Virus record (IMG/VR): IMGVR_UViG_3300032294_003343
Span: 105,184-169,183 of that record
From: a virus
Direction: 5' to 3' (one strand)
Length of the DNA stretch: 64,000 bases
Shown one piece after another: positions 39,855-49,080 of the stretch; position 1 is the first letter of the stretch, and the number at the start of each line of letters is the position of its first letter. The notes beneath the pieces were generated by a model that was given only the letters and a program-made list of their open reading frames with translations, was not told the DNA's origin and did no database searches. The position numbers and the translations under genes were made by a program.

Positions 39855-41505
39855 CGTCGTATTCTTCTCTTTTAGATTCCATGACATAATCTAAACCAAG
39901 TTCTTCTGCAAATACTTTGAGATCATCTTCAGAGAATTGATGACCAAAACTATCTTCATCATCTTCGTCTAATAAAGCTTCGATATTTTTGGTTATTTTT
40001 GTGTGATGTCTTTTATCTTTCAATTGCTCTTCTTGAGAAACATCAACAATATTTTTTCTTCTTGTTTCGCTAAGAAGTTGTTCTTGATTCATTTCTTTTT
40101 TAGAAGCAGTGATATTTTTGTCTAGTTGATGAATAATAGATTCTTTTGGCTCATCTTTATCTTTGTTTAATTCATCTCTATAATTGATTGGATCTTTACC
40201 GTTCACATTCAATTGATCAGCATAAGATTCTTCCATTTCACCACGATGATTGTAAAGTCCATCAGATTCTAATTGAGTTTCTCTAACTTCATCTGTCACA
40301 GATTCTTTATTGTTCAATCTTCTAAGAAGCATTTCAAGATAATCTGTGCCTTTTTGATCTTTTCTTGGTAATTGTGAATCTATAGTTTTGCTTGAATCAG
40401 TTTGAGCTTGTTTTGGGCGCATAACTGGCTTTTCGCCTTGTTGATGTCCATAGCTTGATTGTTTTGCATCAGATAGTTGTTTCTCTCTAGAATCATCAAC
40501 ATTTTGCTTGCCTCTGATTTTATTAGCACCTCTATCTGAATTGTCAAATCTAGCTTCAAATCCAATTTCACCTTCAGTAAGTTTTTTGGATCTTTCGCCC
40601 TCTTTAAGTTCAAGAGCATTTGCTTCATTGTCAGGATGTCTATGAACATCTAATCTTGCCATAACTTCGTCGTGTGATTGGAAAGCTACCTTAAGCCAAT
40701 CTTGATAAGCACAAGTTACCTGACCATTTTTATCTATTCTTGAGTCAATGCAGTTCTCACGACACTTTGAAATTTCCATTGGAATTGGAGAACTATAACC
40801 ATTGAATTTACCTTTAGGGCAAAGCAAATAAGGTTCATTTGCTTGAGTAAATAATGTTGTGTATGCTATTCTTCTGTTTTCTTTTGGTGTAACTTCTGAG
40901 TACCAGTTGTGTAAATAATTAGCAACTTTGGTTGCTTGTAATTTATTTCCAGATAAAATAACTTTTCTAGCACTTTCAAGTTTAGAAAATCTCAATGATG
41001 TTGAAGCAAAGTTATTAAGTTTATCTAAAGCATTGATAGCTTCAATTTGCCAATAACCAGCAGATCTATCTGTAGTTTTATATGCCACTCTTTCTAATCT
41101 TGCTGCTTCATTATCTTTGTTTAAAAAGTTTTGAATTGCCATATAAGCATAACGAAGAGTATTTCTTTCTTCTGCTAACTTAATATTATTAAGTTTGCTA
41201 AATGCTTCATGCAAATGGTGATGTGCTTCTTTTTCAGGAAGTGCAATTACCTTGACAATATTCTCAGGTCCGCCCATATTTTTAAATGCTGAAATTACTG
41301 GATCATCACCAAAATCATTCATATCTAAAACGTGGAAAGGAGAAGACATTGGCATAGAATCACCGTCTCCAAGTCCAGCAATTGTGTCTTGAAGCATACT
41401 GAGTAATCCAGTTCCGCCAATCAATGGTTTCTTTTCCATAATCTCGTGAATTTTTTTAGGATCGTGAGTCTCGTATGTTGCTTTGATTTTATATCCCTTG
41501 TCCAT
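39844..41505 (-). CDS. hypothetical head/core protein with Cys cluster and E-x-Q-L repeats
   Basis: 553 aa; CPKG...CRENC...CAY; about 8 E/D-x-Q-L repeats in the C-terminal half. Confidence 0.6.
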   Translation of the reverse strand: MDKGYKIKATYETHDPKKIHEIMEKKPLIGGTGLLSMLQDTIAGLGDGDSMPMSSPFHVLDMNDFGDDPVISAFKNMGGPENIVKVIALPEKEAHHHLHEAFSKLNNIKLAEERNTLRYAYMAIQNFLNKDNEAARLERVAYKTTDRSAGYWQIEAINALDKLNNFASTSLRFSKLESARKVILSGNKLQATKVANYLHNWYSEVTPKENRRIAYTTLFTQANEPYLLCPKGKFNGYSSPIPMEISKCRENCIDSRIDKNGQVTCAYQDWLKVAFQSHDEVMARLDVHRHPDNEANALELKEGERSKKLTEGEIGFEARFDNSDRGANKIRGKQNVDDSREKQLSDAKQSSYGHQQGEKPVMRPKQAQTDSSKTIDSQLPRKDQKGTDYLEMLLRRLNNKESVTDEVRETQLESDGLYNHRGEMEESYADQLNVNGKDPINYRDELNKDKDEPKESIIHQLDKNITASKKEMNQEQLLSETRRKNIVDVSQEEQLKDKRHHTKITKNIEALLDEDDEDSFGHQFSEDDLKVFAEELGLDYVMESKREEYDDVV

Positions 41506-41507
41506 AA

Positions 41508-42512
41508 TTATTTACCCAATCCTAAATTCGATAATTCTTCTTTATCAAAACCTCTATTGGTAAGTGCTGCTCTAATTTGTTTTAGCTCTTCACTAACACC
41601 TTTTTTGTCAGCAGCATCTTTAAAATCACCCTGTTTAGTAGTTTTAGAATAATCTTGCAAATCCATAAGGAAACAAGCTCTCATAATTAATTCAGGAGTA
41701 GATCTTTTTTCGAAATTAGGTTTTGAATCATAGTTTAAGGCAGCAGTTTTGACTTTGGTATCTTTTTTAGATTCTATAGTTTCTTCAGTATCATTGATCA
41801 TTTCTATAGTTTCTTCAACATCTTTAGTTTTTCTTTCAACTTCTTCTTTGTCTTTAACTAATTTATTGAGATCAACAGTATCTGCAGTTTTTTCTGACTT
41901 TTCTGATTTTTTTGGATTCTCGTCTTTATCTTTGCCTTGCTCTAATTTTTTATTATATTCTTTAACAATATCAACAGCACGTTCAATTGTTTCTTTATTC
42001 CAATACTTAAGCTTTGAGATGTATCTGACAATATCGTTCTTTTCGACACCGTGATCAAGCAATTTACCCACTTTACCCATTAAAACACGGAATGGATTGC
42101 CTCTAGTTTTCTTTTTCTTTTTGACCTGTGCTGTTTTGGAATTGTTGTACACGTTCTTAGCCTCGGATAAATAAGTTTGTTCAATCTTATTTGCTATATC
42201 AGAATAGCTTGGATCCAACTCTTGAGTAATTGGATCTTTTGTTCTTGTTCTATTGTTATTTGACATAATAAGTGCTTTAGATAATTTATCTAGTTGATGT
42301 TTCAAGTTATTATCTTGCACTTTGTCTGCTATGACAGTGACTTCGTTAGAAAGTTCACCAAAGTTGTCATTAGCAGACTTGACTTTATTCATCAACTGTC
42401 TCATTTCATCTTTAGTCACACCTTCAACACTATCGCCATTCAAGGGGATATTATTTATTCCATTAGCTGGATTTGATGCTAAGGGTGGAGCTATTTGAGA
42501 CAGTTTATTCAT
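41508..42512 (-). CDS. hypothetical head-module protein
   Basis: 334 aa; KKKKKTRGNPFRVLMGKVGKLLDHG block; KTA motifs. Confidence 0.6.
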   Translation of the reverse strand: MNKLSQIAPPLASNPANGINNIPLNGDSVEGVTKDEMRQLMNKVKSANDNFGELSNEVTVIADKVQDNNLKHQLDKLSKALIMSNNNRTRTKDPITQELDPSYSDIANKIEQTYLSEAKNVYNNSKTAQVKKKKKTRGNPFRVLMGKVGKLLDHGVEKNDIVRYISKLKYWNKETIERAVDIVKEYNKKLEQGKDKDENPKKSEKSEKTADTVDLNKLVKDKEEVERKTKDVEETIEMINDTEETIESKKDTKVKTAALNYDSKPNFEKRSTPELIMRACFLMDLQDYSKTTKQGDFKDAADKKGVSEELKQIRAALTNRGFDKEELSNLGLGK

Positions 42513-43327
42513 TAGTCAATATCATCAAAGTTGATGTCAATACTATTATAAATTTCATTGACAGTTTTTGCTCTTGATTGAGCCTTGTTATTCATATCGC
42601 TTTGAATATTCTTCTTAATTGCCATTCTTTCGTTTCTATTCTTCTCTTGATTGGCAATTCTCATTGATTCACGATTGTCCAGAGCAGATGGATCAATCAT
42701 TCCGAATGTTGAATTAAATTCATTGTCTGAAGATGTTCTTAAGATAGAATGTGCTCTTGAAGAAACTACAGAAGATTGTCTCAAGTTATTAATTTGACTT
42801 TCTTCCCAAGCCTTATGGCGAGTTGCTTTTGCTTCTCTAGCTCTTTGATTCTCAACGATAGATTGTTCACTGGTAGAAGCTTGTGAATTTAAAAATTCTT
42901 CTGAAATTGAAATCATATCTGGATTAAAAATAGATGCTGATCTAGAAAGCATAGCATTCATATATTCGTCAGCTGAAAATGCTTTTAAACCACTAGTTGT
43001 AGTTCTTGCAGTCTCACCTTGGTCAAATTGTGAACCAGCTCTTCTAATAGCACCAAAATCTTGTGAGAGAATTCTATCTTCAAGTGTGGTGTCTCTTAAG
43101 TCTTGGTAAGTTGATGCACCTTGGATCTTCTCCCAAGATTTATTAATTGTGTTTGCTTCTTTTGTGAAACCAATATTTTGTTTAGAAATTGATTGTCTAT
43201 TTGCAGTTGAATTTCTCTTTAACTCAGCGTAAGGATCTTCTTCAACTTCAACTTGAGCGCCAATAAATCTCTTTTCCAAAAATGATGGAATATTTTCGAT
43301 TTCTGATACTTTTCTAAATCTGCTCAT
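42512..43327 (-). CDS. hypothetical head-module protein
   Basis: 271 aa, TAATG-coupled to the next gene; SD AGGA. Confidence 0.6.
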   Translation of the reverse strand: MSRFRKVSEIENIPSFLEKRFIGAQVEVEEDPYAELKRNSTANRQSISKQNIGFTKEANTINKSWEKIQGASTYQDLRDTTLEDRILSQDFGAIRRAGSQFDQGETARTTTSGLKAFSADEYMNAMLSRSASIFNPDMISISEEFLNSQASTSEQSIVENQRAREAKATRHKAWEESQINNLRQSSVVSSRAHSILRTSSDNEFNSTFGMIDPSALDNRESMRIANQEKNRNERMAIKKNIQSDMNNKAQSRAKTVNEIYNSIDINFDDID

Positions 43328-43359
43328 GTTTATATTTCCTGCTCTTACTTTTCAAGAAT

Positions 43360-43382
43360 GTCCCAGGGCTGAGCCCTGGGAC
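43360..43382. other. GC-rich perfect inverted repeat in an intergenic gap
   Basis: GTCCCAGGGCT-G-AGCCCTGGGAC, no clear U-tract. Confidence 0.7.
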
Positions 43383-43406
43383 TATCATCTTGAGGAGTGT
43401 AATTTT

Positions 43407-44486
43407 TTACTTGTCGTATTTCTTGGTGAAGAGTGCATCAATCCACTCTTGATCACCATAACCGAGTTCATTCTTCCAGTAATCAATAATTCTGGAATAG
43501 TCTGCATCTGAGAGAGTTGCAACTTTGATCATTGAAGATGCTGCAGCAACCTTTACATTAGTTTCGAGGCCAGATGCAAGGACATTCTTGATATCGGACA
43601 ACTTGTCAACTGCAGGAGCTGATGTTTCGCCTAATCTAGCATTTACATACTCAATTGGGAAACCTTCCGCAATTGCCTTTGCAGCAAATGCTCTTCTTGC
43701 AGCAGATGAGAATGCTTTAACTTCCTTCATTTCTGAATCTTTTTCGCATTCACATTTTTTACCAGCATAAACTCCGCCACACTTTTCGCAAGATTTGTCC
43801 ATAGCTGCTTCTTTTTCGTCTTCCATCTTTGCAGCAACTTTTTGAACCAATGCTTCTCTGTAAGCTCTTCTTTGTGCAAGCTTTAAATTGGTTTCTTGTT
43901 GCGCTTGAACTTGGCGCTCAATTTTGCCAGCTAAGCGAACTCTTCTCTCATGGCGAGCAGCAAGAATTGCATTCTTAAGATCTTCATCACCAGCAGCAAT
44001 TGCAGCTTCTACTGCTTCAGCTGATAATTGTGATGCATGATTGAAATGAAAAGCTTTCTTTTCAGTCTTGGACTTAGGACCTTTTCTCTTCATAGGGCCT
44101 TTGCCTTCCATTTCTTCTTCATCTTCATGATCTTCATCTTCATGATCTTCATCTTCATGATCGTCATCAGACTCGGATTTCTTACCCTTGCCATTCTCTT
44201 CCATCCACTTCTTCAAGCCTTCTGGAAGACCTTTCTTGGCTTCTTTCATATAACCTGATTTGTGATCCATACCAGCTTCATCATGATCATCATGATCTTC
44301 GCCTTGTAATCTATCCACTTCTTCATCGCCAATAGCATCAATAAGAGCTTTGAGACCCTTGTTCTCTTTTGGCTCTTTTGCTTCGGCTAATCTTTGGTTA
44401 AAGTTGTCCCAGTCAATTCCTTGGAAAACCAAGTCAGAATCAAGAGGATCTTCTTGAAATCTGTTTGGGAAAATTCTATCTGCCAT
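43407..44486 (-). CDS. hypothetical acidic/His-rich head core protein
   Basis: 359 aa; DHEDE repeats, CEKC..CEC, many KxA/RxA motifs; SD GAGGAG. Confidence 0.6.
   Translation of the reverse strand: MADRIFPNRFQEDPLDSDLVFQGIDWDNFNQRLAEAKEPKENKGLKALIDAIGDEEVDRLQGEDHDDHDEAGMDHKSGYMKEAKKGLPEGLKKWMEENGKGKKSESDDDHEDEDHEDEDHEDEEEMEGKGPMKRKGPKSKTEKKAFHFNHASQLSAEAVEAAIAAGDEDLKNAILAARHERRVRLAGKIERQVQAQQETNLKLAQRRAYREALVQKVAAKMEDEKEAAMDKSCEKCGGVYAGKKCECEKDSEMKEVKAFSSAARRAFAAKAIAEGFPIEYVNARLGETSAPAVDKLSDIKNVLASGLETNVKVAAASSMIKVATLSDADYSRIIDYWKNELGYGDQEWIDALFTKKYDK
44116..44160. repeat. 15-bp tandem repeat x3 (encodes HEDED)
   Basis: (TCTTCATCTTCATGA)3, exact copies. Confidence 0.9.
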
Positions 44487-44525
44487 AATTAATTTTTCTC
44501 CTCAAGAAAAAATACATTAAGAAAA

Positions 44526-44551
44526 TTTCTAATTTTAATGCTCAAATTCCT
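44526..44551 (-). promoter_or_regulatory. putative late promoter AGGA-N18-GAAA
   Basis: AAAGGAATTT...TAGAAA, closely matching the Bacillus sigma-H consensus. Confidence 0.6.
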
Positions 44552-44564
44552 TTAATGCATCCAT

Positions 44565-44945
44565 TTATGTTTTTTTACTGAAAATTACTTTCTTGCCCTT
44601 CAAAAACAATTTATCTCCAACACCGATGCCTAATTTTTTGAACAATCCTTTCTTTGCTTCTACAACAAATACAACATTGTTCGAATCTGGAGATACAGAT
44701 TTAGGGTCGTCTGCTTCCATATCCTTAATATCCACAATCTTATAATTTTTATCTAAAAAAGCTAAAGATAATGGAAAAGAAACATTCTTATTCCAAAATG
44801 AATAGCAATCAGGATAATCAAAAGTAAAAAAAACTACTTCGTAATCATCTAAAGGCTCAGCATTCATTAAGCCTTTAGTGCGTAATTTATCTGAATCTGC
44901 TACAAATCTGACATCGAATTCATCACGGAATTCTTTACTAGCGAG
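44565..44945 (-). CDS. DUF192 domain; open frame begins directly after the in-frame TGA of the upstream gene
   Basis: VADSDKLRTKGLM...FWNKNVSFPLSLAFLD...FVVEA...LGIGVGD; first ATG (44867) lies inside the conserved motif. Confidence 0.75.
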   Translation of the reverse strand, partial: LASKEFRDEFDVRFVADSDKLRTKGLMNAEPLDDYEVVFFTFDYPDCYSFWNKNVSFPLSLAFLDKNYKIVDIKDMEADDPKSVSPDSNNVVFVVEAKKGLFKKLGIGVGDKLFLKGKKVIFSKKT

Positions 44946-45437
44946 TCAAGAACCAACTTTCTTAAATTTATTTGTAGATGCTTTTACGCTTCTAGCTTCT
45001 TCAAGATCAAATCTATCTTTGGTTCTTTGCTTTCTAAATTCATTAACATTATCAGTGCTCAAATAATGGTCACGTAATGCTAATTTTGCTCTTTCAGTAA
45101 GTTCTACAGATCTTCCATATCCAGTGAGTAATCCTGCTGTTTTAAGAGCTAAAAGATCATTATCAGAAATTTCTGTTGGTACACCACAAATTTTGCTGTC
45201 TTTATGTAAAGCAACATAGCTAGCTGCAGTAACTAAAGCATCGGTGTTAGCATCAATTGACTTGAGCATACCAAGATATTTTTCGCTTAATTTAGCTGCT
45301 TCAATTTTCTTTGGAGCTTGTGAAACACCAAGAAGTTGAATTTGGATATCTGAAAGTCCAAGACCTTCCATTGATGGTCCGTCAAATAATTCTGCGTGTA
45401 AATCTAAAGAATGAACTGGTTTAATTGGTATAGGCAT
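44946..45437 (-). CDS. hypothetical head-module protein (possible winged-helix-like C-terminus)
   Basis: 163 aa, SD AAGGA; ends in TGA in frame with the DUF192 region. Confidence 0.65.
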   Translation of the reverse strand: MPIPIKPVHSLDLHAELFDGPSMEGLGLSDIQIQLLGVSQAPKKIEAAKLSEKYLGMLKSIDANTDALVTAASYVALHKDSKICGVPTEISDNDLLALKTAGLLTGYGRSVELTERAKLALRDHYLSTDNVNEFRKQRTKDRFDLEEARSVKASTNKFKKVGS

Positions 45438-45448
45438 AATTTAATTCC

Positions 45449-45907
45449 TTATCTGTATGGTATTCTGTTTTTCCAAGCATTTCCTTCATCAACATTTTTC
45501 TCATATGTTTCTTCCCAGGAAAATTTATCGCACAAATCCTCACCACTATGAATTGCCATAGATGGACTAGAAGCTGGGTTGCCCGGATCGACGTAAGCTG
45601 GTCCAGGTACATTGTCAGGACCATGTAATTGTCCTTCAATATTTTGACCATCGGCTTCACCACCTAAGTCTCTGTATTCTGGAACTCTTTTCCTCGGGTT
45701 AATTTTTTGACGCCAGAAATCGTTTTGTTTAGTTTCTTCTTCTATTTCTTCATAAGGAACTAAAGATACGTTTGGTGATTGGGTGACAGATTGTTGAGGA
45801 TAATATTGAGCAATTTTTTCAAACAAAATGTCAGCCTTTGAATAATGCCCAGATTTATCTAATCTTGAGCAAACTTTGATTATTGTTTGAATTGATTTTG
45901 CATTCAT
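45449..45907 (-). CDS. hypothetical protein with LDxxGxYxxAD leader
   Basis: IKVCSRLDKSGHYSKADILFEKIAQ N-terminus. Confidence 0.6.
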   Translation of the reverse strand: MNAKSIQTIIKVCSRLDKSGHYSKADILFEKIAQYYPQQSVTQSPNVSLVPYEEIEEETKQNDFWRQKINPRKRVPEYRDLGGEADGQNIEGQLHGPDNVPGPAYVDPGNPASSPSMAIHSGEDLCDKFSWEETYEKNVDEGNAWKNRIPYR

Positions 45908-45941
45908 AATTTGTTCTTATTAAATAAAACTCAACTAACCT

Positions 45942-46934
45942 TTAAAAAGTATGACCACTAATTCCAAAAAAGGCAGAACCATCATAAACTTCTTCTGTGC
46001 CTTTATCTTCTTTATTTGTAGGATCAATATAGTCTAAATATGATGTATCTTTTTTCTTTGGATTCAATGCTTGCTCTGTAGTGATATATGGATTTGATTC
46101 TTTGGTCGCTTGTGATTGTGGGGCTATATCTTTTGGAGCGTGAACATTTGCTTTGGTATCAGGATCAGGATAAGAAAGCACAGTATCCTTCAGTTCGTAT
46201 TCTTGAAATCCATCATGATCTGGAGTATTGACAGTCATCAAGCCTTGAATATATCCATCAAATTCTTCACCATGAGTAAGAATAGGAGTCTTGCCTATTG
46301 GAGCATATGAAAATTGTTTTTCATCAAACTGATTTCTATTTTCAGGATATTCATCAGTAATTCTATTTCTTCTTCTAACTGCATAATCTTCAGCTACACG
46401 ATTAATTGCTTGGTCAGAAATAGCAAAATGTAATCTTTCTGGCTTATCAGGATCTTTATACTCTTCTCTATCGTATTTATGATCTTTGTTGTATTTATGG
46501 CGTCCTTCTAAAGATTGTTCCATAGTCATCATATGTTCATCTTTTGGACGATAATGTTCTTTGATATATGCTGGGCTGTTTTTCATTAAATCAGAAGCAG
46601 CATTTTCGAGTGATTTTTTATAATTATGAAGTTGAGCTCTGAATTTTGCTCTCATTCTTTCTTCAGGTGTTAATTCATAAGGAATTAATTCTTCGTAATT
46701 TTTATGTTGAGGAGTAAGTCTCGACTCAATATTTACATCTCTTGTGTCAGGTTCAATGTGTGTTCTTCGTAACAATTTATCAAAACTTGCATCTTCATCT
46801 ACATAAAGATTAATTTCGTGTCCACCCCTATTAGATCCACCACGACCTATAGGACTGCCACCAGGCTGAAATGGAGCACCATTCCCTCCACCGCCTACAC
46901 CACCAAATTGAGCTGTTCTGATATTGTTAGACAT
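45942..46934 (-). CDS. hypothetical head-module protein
   Basis: 330 aa; starts IRTAQFGGVGGGG; E-x-x-L repeats. Confidence 0.6.
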   Translation of the reverse strand: MSNNIRTAQFGGVGGGGNGAPFQPGGSPIGRGGSNRGGHEINLYVDEDASFDKLLRRTHIEPDTRDVNIESRLTPQHKNYEELIPYELTPEERMRAKFRAQLHNYKKSLENAASDLMKNSPAYIKEHYRPKDEHMMTMEQSLEGRHKYNKDHKYDREEYKDPDKPERLHFAISDQAINRVAEDYAVRRRNRITDEYPENRNQFDEKQFSYAPIGKTPILTHGEEFDGYIQGLMTVNTPDHDGFQEYELKDTVLSYPDPDTKANVHAPKDIAPQSQATKESNPYITTEQALNPKKKDTSYLDYIDPTNKEDKGTEEVYDGSAFFGISGHTF

Positions 46935-46942
46935 AATGATTT

Positions 46943-46968
46943 GTTCTTATTAATTAAAAAAATTACCT
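46943..46968 (-). promoter_or_regulatory. putative late promoter AGGT-N18-GAAC
   Basis: exact spacer; TTAATAAGAACAAAT 15-mer shared with the upstream region of 45907. Confidence 0.6.
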
Positions 46969-49080
46969 TTATCGTCTATTTAGATTAACCATTTTTGATC
47001 TTGGCAATCTGACCATAATTTTAGATGTAAGGCATTCATAAGCTACAGCAGCTACAGCATCACAAATATCATCTTTATATCCAGAAAGAGCTTCTATGTA
47101 ATATCTTTTACCTTTCCACTTCTTTTGTAAGAATAAAAATTGAATTTTTGCTTCTTGAATTTCATTTAGCGAAATTAATTTTTTATCTTGATCGTAATAT
47201 TCACCACCAGATAAATCATATATATCAATTCGATCATCACGAATTAATTGAGATAATTCTGTGTAAATATTTTCTTTATATTCTTTATTAAATTGACGCT
47301 CTACAATTGGAATTCTCATTGATTGCAATTTTATGATAGAAGATTGCGAATTCCATTGGTCTATTGATACTTGCTTAAATTTAAATTTATTATGTAAATC
47401 AATTACATAATCTTCAACTTCACTTTCTTTAACTGGTTGATTTTTCGATTTAGGATTCCAGAAATGAATATGGTCTATCACTACTCTTTTTAATGGTTTA
47501 AAGTCAGGGCCAATTTGTCCATACATATTTTCAGTATGAGCAATGACAAGAGCATAATAGTCAGAGGTACGAGCTGGATCTAAATGGCAGAAATACTCAA
47601 AGTTTCCTTCGGCTCTTTCTTTTCTCTTAACCATTGACATAGATGAGAACATTCTGTCTATATCATCAGAAACAAACATAGGGTCAGATGAAGAAGCTCC
47701 AAATTCTGCTCCATATTGCATTTGGAATTCTTGTGGATCTTTTTTCTTTTGACCATCTAACCATTCTTTATCAATGTTAGGATTTGTAAGCCAAGTTGGA
47801 AGTCTCATTACAAGTGTAGTAGGATCTTCTTGTCTATTTTCATGCAAATCATAAAGTAATCCAATTGGACCTTTGGGGTTGGAAAGAAGCATCATTTTTC
47901 CATCTTTACCAAATGTAGCAAGAGATGGCTTCAAATCATCATAAAGAGCATAGTCAACACCAGAATCAGGATTATCTCCTGCCATAGCTGCAACTTCGTC
48001 CATGATGATTGTCCAACAAGTTAAACCAACAAGACCTGAAGCATTACTGGAACCACATCTTAATACCAAAGAACCCGCAAAAAGATTGATATTTTGCTCT
48101 TTTCTTCTTACATTCTCTTCTCGGTCATGTTCAGTGTAAAATCGCATTTCAAGCTCTGTATCTTTGCCAATATAAGGTGCAAAAAATGGAGAAGCTAAAA
48201 CTGTTTGCTTGATTTTAGAGAAGATTGCTTTCTTAGCCTGTTCTTCATTACGAGCAACGTTGAGAATAACAACTTCATCAAATTCCATCAAGCCATATCT
48301 TGCTTGAGGATGACCCATAGAAATCAATCTATATAATTCATAAAGAGCCATAGCAGAAACAAGGAATGATTTTCCTGAACGTCTACCAAGTACTAAAACT
48401 AATTCTTCAAATTTGTATCTTTTAGTACATTTGTCTTGAACTTGCATCCTTAGCTTTGGATCAAATTCTTCAGAGTAAAGTAAATCAAATTCACTTTGAA
48501 ATCCATCAATTATAGGTCTTGCTTCTAATACTTCTACTTGTCTTTCTGCATCAGGATTGGTAGCTTCGTCTTTAGCAAATTTATATCTTTCATCTCTAAC
48601 ACTACCGTCAAGACGTTTGCATTGTAGGCAAGGTGAATTAACAACATTGAAGATTGTCTTAAATTGTTTACCTTCTGAACGAGCTTTTAAGAAATCATTT
48701 TCATTCTTGTGAACATAATCCCATACACATCCCTTACAATCTTCTTGATTATCAGATTCATCTATAACAAGATTGGTATTACCTTCTTGTCCCATATAAA
48801 AACATTTTAGTATAAGTTTTTGCCAGGGATATGGTTTTAGATTACAAAAATAAGGATGCTCAATAAATGTAATAATATCTACAATTTGATCAGGATTAAA
48901 TCTATCTTTGCTTGGTTTAAGAGGAGGGGAAACTTCTGATCTTGTGGCAGGAGCAATTTCATCAACAAAATCATCTGCATATTCAGTACCCTTAAATAAT
49001 TCTGTTACTGAATTGGCTTGCTGAAGTAATTGTGTTCGTAATTCTGCGGGAGATTTAGGAACTTGGGTTTGTTTTCTCAT
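46969..49080 (-). CDS. terL: terminase large subunit
   Basis: PWQ motif, Walker A GRRSGKS, Walker B IIMDE, LSNP coupling motif, RNase H-type HLDPA...SIDQW...KDDICDA. Confidence 0.9.
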   Translation of the reverse strand: MRKQTQVPKSPAELRTQLLQQANSVTELFKGTEYADDFVDEIAPATRSEVSPPLKPSKDRFNPDQIVDIITFIEHPYFCNLKPYPWQKLILKCFYMGQEGNTNLVIDESDNQEDCKGCVWDYVHKNENDFLKARSEGKQFKTIFNVVNSPCLQCKRLDGSVRDERYKFAKDEATNPDAERQVEVLEARPIIDGFQSEFDLLYSEEFDPKLRMQVQDKCTKRYKFEELVLVLGRRSGKSFLVSAMALYELYRLISMGHPQARYGLMEFDEVVILNVARNEEQAKKAIFSKIKQTVLASPFFAPYIGKDTELEMRFYTEHDREENVRRKEQNINLFAGSLVLRCGSSNASGLVGLTCWTIIMDEVAAMAGDNPDSGVDYALYDDLKPSLATFGKDGKMMLLSNPKGPIGLLYDLHENRQEDPTTLVMRLPTWLTNPNIDKEWLDGQKKKDPQEFQMQYGAEFGASSSDPMFVSDDIDRMFSSMSMVKRKERAEGNFEYFCHLDPARTSDYYALVIAHTENMYGQIGPDFKPLKRVVIDHIHFWNPKSKNQPVKESEVEDYVIDLHNKFKFKQVSIDQWNSQSSIIKLQSMRIPIVERQFNKEYKENIYTELSQLIRDDRIDIYDLSGGEYYDQDKKLISLNEIQEAKIQFLFLQKKWKGKRYYIEALSGYKDDICDAVAAVAYECLTSKIMVRLPRSKMVNLNRR

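Noticed and set aside
44946-44948. Selenocysteine insertion at the in-frame UGA
   Set aside because: The position is a linker with no redox or Cys context and no sel genes are present; the hairpin alone is insufficient
46969-49080. Intein in terminase (also considered for portal and NrdA)
   Set aside because: No C/S...HN-C/S/T splice junctions or LAGLIDADG motifs visible
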